From: Marsupella aquatica
Lineage: Eukaryota > Plantae > Marchantiophyta
NCBI GenBank assembly: GCA_973895155.1
Contig: OZ316897.1
Coordinates: 6,399,327-6,463,326, forward strand
Direction of reading: 5' to 3'
Length of the DNA: 64,000 bases
The position numbers and the translations under genes were made by a program. Shown here piece by piece: positions 52,262-63,624 of this stretch. Position 1 is the stretch's first letter. Each line of letters starts with the position of its first letter. Under the pieces are notes generated by a model. That model saw only the letters and a list, made by a program, of their open reading frames with translations. It was not told where the DNA came from and did no database searches.

Positions 52262-52630
52262 CTAGCTGACGGGAACGACCGGATATAGATTGTCAACTTC
52301 TGAAGGATGAGGTTCAGGGACTATGAAGCGTGGCCTGCAAGGAGAGGGCACAGTCCTCAATCCGATATGCCCACGGGGTGCGCTTTTACAGGGCGATACC
52401 AGACTCAGTGGCCAACGTATTTTGTTCCCCACCCGCAGGTTCTTGTAGAGGCACCCCTGCCTTGACAGAGCTGGATCCCAATCGGGTCCTCCGGTCTGCA
52501 CAGTTGATGGAAGTTCGAGAAGTTTGACATAAACAAACCCTTCTCCTAATAGCATATTTCCCTTCCTTCTAGAACTGATTTCCATGTGAGGGTCAATAGA
52601 CAAACCCTTAGCCCTCCCAAATAACCGACT
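52262..52630 (-). CDS. ORF or exon with a Tnp1/EnSpm-like domain, paralogous to 49215-49676
   Basis: LFGRAKGLSIDP...LGEGFVYVKLLE..GGPDWD..LYKNLRVGNKIRWPLSLVSPC. Confidence 0.45.
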   Translation of the reverse strand, partial: SRLFGRAKGLSIDPHMEISSRRKGNMLLGEGFVYVKLLELPSTVQTGGPDWDPALSRQGCLYKNLRVGNKIRWPLSLVSPCKSAPRGHIGLRTVPSPCRPRFIVPEPHPSEVDNLYPVVPVS

Positions 52631-53103
52631 TTTGTTAGTGGGGTCAGTTCAGCGTTCCATGGAGAACAGGGCGCAAGAGCAGCCCACCATGAATTCCACG
52701 ATTTTTCCGTTGCTCTGCCATGCGTCCCACGTTGTGTCTGCATGAAATGTGAATTCTCTTTAGTCAACAATGCGCGTCATCACATGAATCCATACCGTTG
52801 ATAACAATCATTTTAACACTAAAATCAAAGAATGCGCTATGTAAAGTTGTACTTTAGTCAGTTACTCAGTTGGGCTTACATGTCGGGGTTATGCCGAATC
52901 TGCTTCGAAAGCTTGGTGCCTCCAACCAGCTGTTATGCGCCGCCTGCAAATCCCAAGCGCCAGGAATACGCTCATCTGCCCATGGAAACAACACAGAGTA
53001 AGGACTTTGCTATCGGCAATTTATGTAATGGAAAACAAGACCAATGAGATGAGAACGTTAGGCCATACAGACCAAGCCATGCTTTCAGACCCAGGTTTCC
53101 GTC

Positions 53104-53853
53104 TCAGGCAAGCCTGCCGTGCGCCTTCGTTTGCGTGTTGACATACTGATCCTCAACGCGGTTTTTAAAAACACTTAGAAACTCCGGTACGGATTGAACC
53201 ACCCCATCATCAAGGCATCGCTTGAGACTGCTCAACCTTGGAGCCACCCAACCCAAGAGAAACCTGTCTGCAAATGGGTCTCCGTAATCGGGAGTAGCAG
53301 CACCTTTTCTTGGCCACTCCACGAGGTATATATTATTACCCGAACTACTGCGCATAAATTTCACCGGGCTGTCGTCAACGATGACAGTGTAGCGATATCC
53401 AAATTCGGGCCATTTTGCTGCGATGAGGGCCATGGGTTTCAGCATGATCCGTTGAGACGACCCCGGATAGCAGTAGCCCGAGGAGTAAACATTGTCTTGG
53501 CAGAGAATGAACCTGAACAGGTTTACTGTCACATGACCAAAAACCCCCTCCAATAACGACATCACATTGTGTGATGCAGCACATGACCAAATCCCAACCG
53601 TAAAATGCTCCAGCAACCAATACACAAATCGAAGACAACCTGGTCGCAGTCTACATTGTCCCCGACTACACATGATAAAACCATCTTCTTGCGTGCCGTC
53701 GCGTCGCCTTTCCCATAGCGTGCCAGAAAGGTCCAGCATAACTAGTACGCCTGCATCCGGATTGGCTATGGTTACACTCAGGACACCTCGGGATGGGCAT
53801 AGGTTGTGTCCATAGAAAGCCAACAGCATACTATGATACCTATTGAAGAGCAT
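53104..53853 (-). CDS. FCP1/NIF-domain HAD-superfamily phosphatase-like protein (intronless)
   Basis: LVMLDLSGTL (motif I, DxD altered to DxS), LRPGCLRFV.WLLEHFTVGIWS, FILCQD and TVIVDDSPVK. The true start may be a downstream ATG. Confidence 0.8.
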   Translation of the reverse strand: MLFNRYHSMLLAFYGHNLCPSRGVLSVTIANPDAGVLVMLDLSGTLWERRRDGTQEDGFIMCSRGQCRLRPGCLRFVYWLLEHFTVGIWSCAASHNVMSLLEGVFGHVTVNLFRFILCQDNVYSSGYCYPGSSQRIMLKPMALIAAKWPEFGYRYTVIVDDSPVKFMRSSSGNNIYLVEWPRKGAATPDYGDPFADRFLLGWVAPRLSSLKRCLDDGVVQSVPEFLSVFKNRVEDQYVNTQTKAHGRLA

Positions 53854-53890
53854 CCCTCATATCATTAAACCGGGGTCCATTGTCTGCGTC

Positions 53891-55640
53891 TGGACCATTC
53901 ACCATATCACTGGACCACCGGGCAAATTGAACTCGTCAAAGACAAAACGATGCCCGAATTTCTCCATTGCCTACGTACCAGGCTGCGTTGAAGGCGACGG
54001 GGGGTCGGTGTCCGCGTCTGGACCAGGATTGCCACTTGGACCGCGCGGGGGTTCCGCACACAGAATCTAGGATCATACCATGATAATCAATCCAGTCCAT
54101 TCTGCATATCACTGGACCACAGCGCCAATTGAAGTGGTCAAAGACAAAACGATGCCCAAATTTCTCCGTTGCCTATGTACCAGGCTGCGTTGAAGGCGAC
54201 GGGGGGCCGGTGTCCGCGTCTGGACCAAGATCGCCACTCGGACCGCGCGGGGGTTCTGCACACAGAATCCAGGATCATATTGTGATAATCAATCCAGTCC
54301 ATTCTGCATATCACTGGACCACAACGCCAATTGAAGTGGTCAAAGACAAAACGATGCCCGAATTTCTCCGTTGCCTACGTACCAGGCTGCGTTGAAGGCG
54401 ACGGGGGGCCGTTGTCCGCGTCTAGACCAGGATCGCCACTTGGACCGTGCGGGGGGTTCTGCACACAGAATCCAGGATCATACCGTGATAATCAATCCAG
54501 TCCATTCTGCATATCACTGGACCACAGCGCCAATTGAACTGGTCAAAGACAAAACGACGCTCGAATTTCTCCGTTGCCTACGTACCAGGCTGCGTTGAAG
54601 GCGACGGGGGGCCGTTGTCCGCATCTGGACCAGGATTGCCACTTGGACCGCGCGGGGGTTCTGCACACAGAATCCAGGATCATACCGTGATAATCAATCC
54701 AGTCCATTTTGCATATCACTGGACCACAGCGCCAATTGAACTGGTCAAAGACAAAACGACGCCCGAATTTCTCCGTTGCCTACGTACCAGGCTGCGTTGA
54801 AGGCGACAGGGGGCCGGTGTCCGGGTCTGGACCAGGATCGCCACTCGGACCGTGCGGGGGGTTCTGCACACAGAATCCAGGATCATACCGTGATAATCAA
54901 TCCAGTCCATTCTGCATATCACTGGACCACAGCGCCAATTGAACTGGTCAAAGACAAAACGACGCTCGAATTTCTCCGTTGCCTACGTACCAGGCTGCGT
55001 TGAAGGCGACGGGGGGCCGTTGTCCGCATCTGGACCAGGATTGCCACTTGGACCGCGCGGGGGTTCTGCACACAGAATCCAGGATCATACCGTGATAATC
55101 AATCCAGTCCATTTTGCATATCACTGGACCACAGCGCCAATTGAACTGGTCAAAGACAAAACGACGCTCGAATTTCTCCATTGCCTACGTACCAGGCTGC
55201 GTTGAAGGCGACGGGGGGCCATTGTCCGCATCTGGACCAGGATCGCCACTCGGACCGCGCGGGGGTTCTGCACACAGAATCCAAGATCATACCGTGATAA
55301 TCAATCCAGTCCATTTTGCATATCACTGGACCACAGCGCCAATTGAACTGGTCAAAGACAAAACGACGCCCGAATTTCTCCGTTGCCTACGCACCAGGCT
55401 GCCTTGAAGGCGACGGGGGGCCGGTGTCCGGGTCTGGACCAGGATTGCCACTCGGACCGCGCGGGGGTTCTGCCCACAGAATCCAGGATCATACCGTGAT
55501 AATTAATCTAGTCCATTCACCATACCAATGGACCACCGTGCAAAATGAACTCGTCATAGACAAAACGACGCCCGAATTGCTCGTTGCCTACGTACCAGGC
55601 TGCTTTGAGGGCGACGGGGGGCTGTTCTCTGTTGGTGTTC
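53891..55640. repeat. Tandem array of 202-203 bp units, 8 full copies plus a partial ninth; each full unit carries CATACCRTGAT or a variant
   Basis: Anchor CATATCACTGGACCAC at 53903, 54105, 54307, 54510, 54712, 54915, 55117, 55319 and, degenerate, 55521. Confidence 0.97.
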
Positions 55641-55800
55641 CTGGATCGTCTATTGTCGCATTTGGATCGGTTGGTCCGGGATGAACTACCGCCATACTCA
55701 GAGCGGCCAAGGTTTCTGTGAACCACACCCACACGCATACCGTGATAAGAATATACACCCTAGACAACATCATTAATAGGATTTGGCCATTTAGGAATAT

Positions 55801-56849
55801 TCATGAATGGAACGGAACTAAACTATCCTTATGCGTGAATGTCATACCTGAAGCAAGTTCATGAGGGGAAGATGCCTCAGTCCCTATAATTGGGTTACTT
55901 TTCATTGCACGACGATGCTTCCGAGGTGTGCCAGAGTCAACATCAGATTGCTTTTTTTTTGAGGATCTCGCCCTGCTTCGGATTTCACTAGTGCGCAAGC
56001 CTTCGGACCCTGGGTCTGTAACGTGCCCGGGTTCCTTCGTACGCAAACTCCGACCTTTTACAACTTTCGAACGTGCGACTGTCTTTACCAATTTGTTTCG
56101 GACGCTGCTTCTTTTAACAACAGGGACAGAGGTTGTCCCCTCACAGGGGGTTGTGAGTTCATTGTTATCTACAGGAAGGCTTCTGTTCCTTCTAGTCCGC
56201 TGCGCAACTTCAGGTTCGGCGGCCACTGACCCACGTCTGGATGCTTTGTCTGTGCCAATGATGAATGATGGCGTTTCTGTTGTACCCAATATGTCTTCCT
56301 CTTTCTCGACTCCGTTTTGATGATGCTCACCTGAACCGCTGGTTCGCTGCTCACTTGGGCGCCCTTCCTCTTCTTCCCTCCACCCACGGCCACACCTAAT
56401 GTGAATACAAATAATTAGCACCCTGGTTCAGAATCATATAACTACGGTAGGACCGATAGAGCTTCATAATGCAAATAGTGTGAATGTTTAGTACCTCTTA
56501 TTGGGCGAGAAATTGGTAGCTTGTTAGCCCTGACTTCAACTCCCGTTGCGTCCACTCGGATATGCACTGAGTCATCTACTTTAATATACACGATCACTCC
56601 AAAGTCTGGGTTATTGGGGCAAAACTCTTGTACAGATAGCCAGAGAAAGGAAAAACAAAAGATCCTGGGTGGTATCCTCGTGTACCATCCATATGCATAA
56701 CCGAACCAGGCAAGAGGTGGAACTATGACTACCCGGCCTAACAAGGTGCCAGTCCCTACACCTTTACCTCTTCTCGTCCCTAAATTTTTGTAATTTCTGT
56801 TCAAACCAGATGCCACAGATATTTGTTTGTGAAATAGAAGGGATGCCAC
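55801..56849 (-). CDS. Probable spliced hypothetical gene with a basic, disordered C-terminal region
   Basis: Adjacent same-strand ORFs of 135 and 206 aa with plausible splice sites; no recognised domain. Confidence 0.3.
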
Positions 56850-56893
56850 ACGGTTGGGTTAATTATACAAGTGATGTAGTAAGTTGAACTACA

Positions 56894-58553
56894 TCAGAAC
56901 ATGATGTGAGGCTCGAGTATCCGGTTTTTGAACAAAACTGCGTATACATCTTTGTCCCCGGTATGCAATCTCTCTGCTCTAGCAAATTCACCGATGCAGG
57001 TTTCACAATACTTCAACGTACCTTTGTCAACCAACATTTGAAGCTTTTCCTTAACATATGTCTGGAATCCGTGTTCCCACTGGAGGGATCCAAGGTTCCC
57101 CAGTGGCTCGATGTGGAGCACTTTGTCCTGCGTGCCACATTCATCTGTCTCTGGAAGGCCTTCACCCCATTCAGTGAGTTCTGCCGGCCTCAAGTGCGGG
57201 TTTTCCAACACGAACGCCCGAACCTCTTGAAGGATGTCCACTGCTTTAACGGATGGTTTGAACTCATAGTCCAGCTCCGACTGATCGATTTCCGAATCAT
57301 AGAACCTACCCTGCTCAACCAAACAACACTCTTCGATCATGACCAGCGTACTTGTCATTTACCGAGGCTATCCAAAATCTGCAGTCGACCCCCAATATCT
57401 GTGACCCCCATTATGTATAATATGCTGTCATGTGATGACATTCGATACCTCAAATATCGTACAGGATGGATTGTTTGCAGAGTTCATAAGTTGGATTTTG
57501 TGTGAAGGCCATACGCGATTGAATAAAGACCCATAATATGTACATGCTTAATGTGGGGCACGCATCGAGGCTTACCTGTTCATCCGCAACCCCCGGGTCC
57601 TCCACGATGCCGAGAGACGCGAGTTGTTTGGCCCGAATGGCTCTGCCTGTTTGGGCAACGACAAGTTTCTTCTTTCTGCCCAGAGCACTGAATTTCCAGT
57701 CCATAAACTTCAAAACCAATGCGTCGTGCAGCTCGGCGGACGGCGCAGCATTGAAGGAATCGAACCAGAAATAATTTTCAGCATCCTCCATGTAATCCAT
57801 CGCCTCCTTCAACAACTCGGTGAGGTCTGGATCCACGCCCTGTTGCGTAAAAGCTGATACAACTCTGCTGAAGCATGTCAGCATTTTTGTCATTCCTGCA
57901 GCTGCCTTTTTCCCCTCCCTCGTCGATACGGAATGCTTGTGCATAGTTTGCATGGCTAGAAATTTTTTCCTCACGTGGTCTCGAAAGAGACGGTGCTGTG
58001 GATCTTGAAGAACAAGCTTCAAGTGCGCGGTGAGCCACACTCTGTACTGAGGGTGCTTCAAGAGCACGGTATCGCCCAAATAAGGAAGATCGAGAGCAGC
58101 AAAACAAACGAGCAGGTCAGGAACTTCCGAAGGTGCCGAAGGTGCCCCCCGTTGCAGGTATCTAAGATGACGAGTGAGATATTCTTGGACAATTCTTTTC
58201 TTCTCTCCCTCTAGCATTGACATTTGGGCTTGCTGCCACCTCCACGGGAAGAATCCAACAGTGCATTTCACAATTTCGAATTTCTTCCGGGTTGCGGCAA
58301 TCACGTTCTCCTGGTTTCGCCTTCGATTTTCTTCTTCGCTCAACTGTGGTGTATTCCCAGATTGGTGGCACTTCAACCAATGATCGTTAATGCCCTTCAC
58401 TGTGGTGTAAGCCTTCCCTATCGGACAACCTGGAATGATGCACTTCCAATCTAGTTTAGTTGGCTGTTTGCAATTGCGAACCCTGGTGTAATGCATCCCA
58501 TCTTCTGCTTCCATGCAATCGGTTCTAACTCCACTTGCAATTGGAGTCGCCAT
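56894..58553 (-). CDS. Zn-finger-like paralogue 3 (~464 aa, 2 exons)
   Basis: Exons 58553-57576 and 57310-56894; phase-0 intron at ADEQ|GRFYD. Motifs DWKCIIPGCP..INDHWLKCH, GFFPWRW, YRVWL, DWKFS and NLGSLQWE. Confidence 0.8.
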
Positions 58554-60305
58554 GACTGCCAATGAAAACCTACACTAAGAAAGTTACCCTGCTGGCTGAA
58601 ATTGGTTATCGGAGCACGAGTGGGCACAGGAAATGGCAACTTGTGGAAGCACGCCCTTTGACCGCAGTGTCAAGACCACTGAGTCCGGAAATGTAGTGAC
58701 CATCGTAATCCCCTAAACAAGGTTGTGCTTCTTTTGGTACTTCTTGCCACTCCCCTGTCATCTGTACTTAGGGCACGGACATGACATCTCTCGGAGCCAG
58801 AGGTTGGCACGGCGAGACATTTCCATACCGTGACTTACGCCGAAATACATTTCCGGCGCCGCAGTAATGCAGCACTAACGTCACGGTATAACAAGCCCAA
58901 TAGCCCTGACGGTAAGCACGCAGCACAGTGTGGTAAGATACGCTATGCATTCATTGATATGGTACAGAGACATCAGTATATCATGGTATGGACGTTTGGA
59001 CGGATGCTAGTATGGTTGGAGGTTTTTGAGGGGTTAGGGTTAATGGTTCTCGCGACAACGTTCCAGAAGCGTTGGGCGAAGCCCCTTGCAGACCCTAAAC
59101 CCTGGCCATAAAACCCCTACATAACAGATAACTGATAGACCCCCTTTGTCCTGAGCGCCGTGTAGAGGGCGGTGTTAATTACCATTTCTGTCGAGGCACC
59201 GAACATTGCCCACGGGCGTCGTAAAGCACCCGACCTCGCATCAAAGATTTATGGCCTTACTAAATCCAGTATCCTGGTATGACAGCAGGCAGACCAAAAT
59301 ATGAGGACGGCTTGGTGTGGACCAAGATTTGGTCCGTGCAATACGTCCATCATAGCCCTCGTCCAGGTTTCATGACCTGTCATTAAATGAATGATAGCCC
59401 CCTTCACCTGACTGCCTAATCTCCGCTGTTATTGCCTTTTGTCGTCATGGGCGGTGGCTCTGTCGCCCATGATAGAGCCGTCGCCACAGTCAGTGATAAC
59501 CATGCCATTATGTATTTATTATCATGGTCTGGGGCAGCCCCCAACCTCGACATGAGCACGCCATTATTTTGATCCAAGTTAAAGTTGAATGGATGCCCCC
59601 AATGCCTGACCGCCTAGTGGAGGACTCTATTATTGCCGTTTGGCGTCAGGGCGCCGAGCATTACCAATGGGTGCCTCTTCGCAGCGTTCCCCAAGCTCAG
59701 TGATACCTGTATCTTTATATCACTATTATGGTATGGAGATGGCCCAACCAAGAGACGAGGAGGACACCCTAAACCCGGGAGTTAGTCCGTGCAAAACCGA
59801 GAGATGAGGATGGCACCTCGGCTGCCACGGGCAACACGACAATATTTTGCGCTATTTTTCCTTCATAGACCATCCGTGTTCATATTCATAAAAACACCCA
59901 AGTAAGATTATACATATACATATGTGAAACTGTGATGGAAACCAAAATGGGCCCCTTAACAATTTCAGAAAGTATGCACGGAGAAAATTACAATTGGAAT
60001 TGACAAAATTGTGGGTGACATTGCAGCTAAACACTATTCATTCATATCTGGGAATTCTGAAGCAAAGTGTTTGTTCCGTCGCTTATCCCTGTTGGCACTA
60101 GCCTGAAGGAAATGTCTCCTAAGACTATATTTGTCCTTGCACTTCTGCTTGCCCTTCCTTGGCCGAAAACGGAAATTGGACGGTTCATAACCAGGATTCT
60201 GCTGGTCTGACACTCTTCTATAGGGCATGTATCGCTCACCTAGACGAGTGGACTGGGTCCTCGGCGCTTTCCGCATATTGCCACACATCTTCTCAACCCA
60301 GCTTT

Positions 60306-63300
60306 TCATTCGCACACGGGTGTGAGAGCACCGAGGGGCCAGTCTCCTCCAAATGTGTCCGGTGGAAGAACAGAGTCAGGATCTGTAAGGATGAGGCGGG
60401 TATCTTTCAGTCTACCATTGACTGCTCTCAACTCGTGGGCAACAAGAGCCTTCAATGCCGGGTTCATGAGGACGTAACCCTGAATTTCCTTCAATTGCAT
60501 CTCGTACTCGCCGTTTACTTTGTCACAATCTGTCGACGGTAACATGTTGGAATCTGCATTGCATGATGAGCCAATTAGACTTTATGTGGAACTGAGTACA
60601 TGTGAGAGGAACTTAATTTTATACTTCAATAAAACAATGAACATTAGTAATAGTTGTTGGGTCTAGCACAACCTACCACGTGGTACAGGCAAGGGCACAA
60701 CCTCCGTGGGGCGGGGTGGGAAGGCGTCACCAACGTCAGAATTGTCAAATGACAGAGGGTCATGCACATCGAGAGGCAAATTTTCAGAGGCGGGTTCATT
60801 GAGATCAATGGTAATGCCCAATCGCAATAACTCAGACATGCCACCACGGATACCGCCATATCTCAATCCCAAAGCTACTCGGATGTTCGTCTCTGAGTAC
60901 CCAAGCACACGCAGCACGAGGACCTACAGCAAACGCATGACAACGTTAGAGGTACGTAGTCCTTCAACACATGAACAGGTTAGGGGTATTTAAACCGTAA
61001 ACACATTAACATCGCTATCCAAATTCATGTGAATTACCTGGTGCTTGCAATAGTTGCCTTGCAAAGACCAATAGCACTGGCAGGAATTGACGTCATTCCT
61101 CCAATGGACACGGTATACCACATTCCTCGATACGGATTTTACCAATGCCGTTGTTGCAGACAACGGAGCAGGAGGCCATTCCACTGACTTGACGTCCATA
61201 TTCCTCACCTTCATGATCACGTTCATTACATACATATCCTTCTTTTTGTTGCTAACCTGACCCCTGGCCTTCTTTTTAGCCTTGTACCAAAAATGTATGC
61301 CTACGTCATTGTGGAGGGTGTCACACAACTCATCGACCCTTTTTTTGTCAAGATTCCGTTTCCTTGGGAAAATAATGGACTTGAGGATGGCGTGGTATGA
61401 CTCAAGCGAGTTGTTTGTATCCTGATTATTCCTCGCCACTGCTCTCCTCTCATCTCGTATCCACATGTCTGTGCCGATCCCACAAAGTAAATAATGAAAC
61501 GAACATCAGCAATCATCGGGGAAAGGACACAACTGGGAAAACTATTATGTTACAGTCACTATAAAAACAATCTGCATCTTTGCATAGTGCGAGAGAGAGG
61601 AAACGGTGGAATGGTACTTACGTAGGCACCCCATCCACTCCCCTTGAAAGTATTGGAGGAATTTTTTCTCTGTCCAGAATGTCTGGAAGAAGGTAGTCAG
61701 CTTTCTCTGAGCTGACCGTTCCACACATTCCAGTTCATGTAGGGTTGGGTCGACATGCAATGTGCTGCCAAATATTATATCCTCCAACGCAACATTCATT
61801 TGTGCACGTCGGTCATGAGACTGGACGAGCTCAAGCAATTTGGTCGTCCATGCCTTGCGGACATGGTATATACACAAGAATATGGGAATGTCGGGAAAAA
61901 TAGTTTTGATAGCTGCTCTTTCGTTATCAGCACAGTCAACCATGAAGCAGGAGGGTTTCCAACCAGGGCAGGCAAGTTCAGCTGCTGTCTTCACAACATG
62001 TAGAAACTTCACAATATCCTCTATTTCCTCCTTTTCAAGGATGGCATACGCAATGGGAAGCCCATTCTCGTATTCGTCAAACACCATAATGGTGTACAGC
62101 GGATACTGCTTACAAGAAAATGGTGAAAGGACATTAGAACGGGAGGATCACGGAGCATCGGAGCTGTGATTGCGGTGCTGTGATTGGCGCCCCGCGTCTG
62201 AAGCAAAGATTACATTCGTGACATTCCAGCAAAAAAATTCACCATGAAAGGCCGAAAAAACATAACGTTAGGGGTGAAATTGAGGATATGAACCTTGTAC
62301 TTGTGAGTTCCGAATGTCCCATCAATTCCCAGACATCGACTATTCCCGTACTTCACCAGCCAGTCCAGCTGGAAACTTCTCTGTAATACTATTCGAAGGG
62401 GCTCCATTGGAGAGGGTTTTGGCTGATTGTATAAGAGAATACTCTCCGGGGTGGCTTGAATCCATAAATGTGTACTTGTAGCATCGTTGGGGTGCCTGCG
62501 AAAAGTCTCCCTGTCTAGTCCCTTCTTCACGTTTCCAATGTCATCCATAGTGATGTAATGGTCCCTGCAATCTGAGTGTTGATTTTCCAGCGTTGCATTC
62601 GAAGCGTGGAAAAGGGCCTTCGCAGCACGGTGCAGAATCTGCGTCGGAGTGGATCCTCTACGCAATTCGCATTCAATCCATCCCCTAACAGCACAAATAA
62701 CAAGTATCAGGAGATATGAACGCGTTAGGAGTAGAGCCATCTACATACCCTGATATTTTAGTACTAAAGCGTGCTTATTGGAGTATGTTGGTGCAAACTC
62801 GATAGATGGGAACCTGCAGCGGAAAGGGCCACCACTATCGCCTACGCATACGATGATATTTAAAACTATTTTCTGTGATATCCACGTGAGTCTGATGGAC
62901 CCCATGGTAGTTCGAATGAAAGGATGGTAGGAGGCATTTACCTGGCTTTGGACGAAAGGCTATGGGCAAATTCCGACGGAAGACCTCTGCATCGTGGATC
63001 ATCGCTACCATGGCAAGGCAAACCTTCCTTGTCTACTTGGTCTTTGGATTTGTATCTGAGTTCAATGACGCTTTCGTCGTGGATAGTCTCCAACTCATAT
63101 GCCTGAAATCTGCATTGGCACCCTTTGTGGTAATGGTCGTGGTCAGCAGACAGCTTGCTTCCTTTCCCTGTCTTGGGCTTGTCTTTGGGATCGGCAATAC
63201 TTTCGCTATTACACAATGGCGCCTTCCTGCGGTCAGGAGTCCCAAACTCACAGTAATACTGAATTTTACGGACCCACCTGTGTGGTCCTCCGACATCTCG

Positions 63301-63624
63301 TTTTTGCTTGGAGTCACGGGTGATAAAGCATGTCATTGCACGCGGGCATCGACTACCCTCACCCTTCACAAAGTCTTGTAACCTATCGGATGGAATATAA
63401 GCTCGGTCCTTTGAGTCCCAATTGAGATCATCGGCATTGAAAGGACCCTGCCTCCCAATCCTCTGCAGCAACAATGACTGTGGAGCGACAACCCTTTGTC
63501 TCTTTCCAGCCGCAGGTGTATTGGTGGGCAAAAAAAAAACTGCATTGAGACATTCCAGTCTATATTTTAGATGCGAAGTCTCACCAGATTCCGCCTCACC
63601 AATATTTGAAAATGCAATGTACAA
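60306..63624 (-). mobile_element. MULE (Mutator-like) DDE transposase with a SWIM zinc finger, spliced; 5' end uncertain
   Basis: Frame-consistent exons (~63.5 kb)-62942, 62684-62294, 62105-61622, 61468-61038, 60923-60677, 60553-60306. Catalytic-type motifs IDGTFGT, FMVD, CIYH and TNNSLESYH; SWIM CQC..GNYCKH. N-terminal AYIPSDRLQDFVKGE, YYCEFG and KGCQCRF resemble the At4g13970/At1g60560-type SWIM proteins. A possible frameshifted continuation runs to 60034. Confidence 0.88.

Noticed and set aside
53891-55640. CRISPR-like array, or a repeat-encoded protein from the many similar ORFs
   Set aside because: Units are near-identical along their whole length with no unique spacers. The 202/203-bp period is not a multiple of 3, so the ORFs are repeat by-products.
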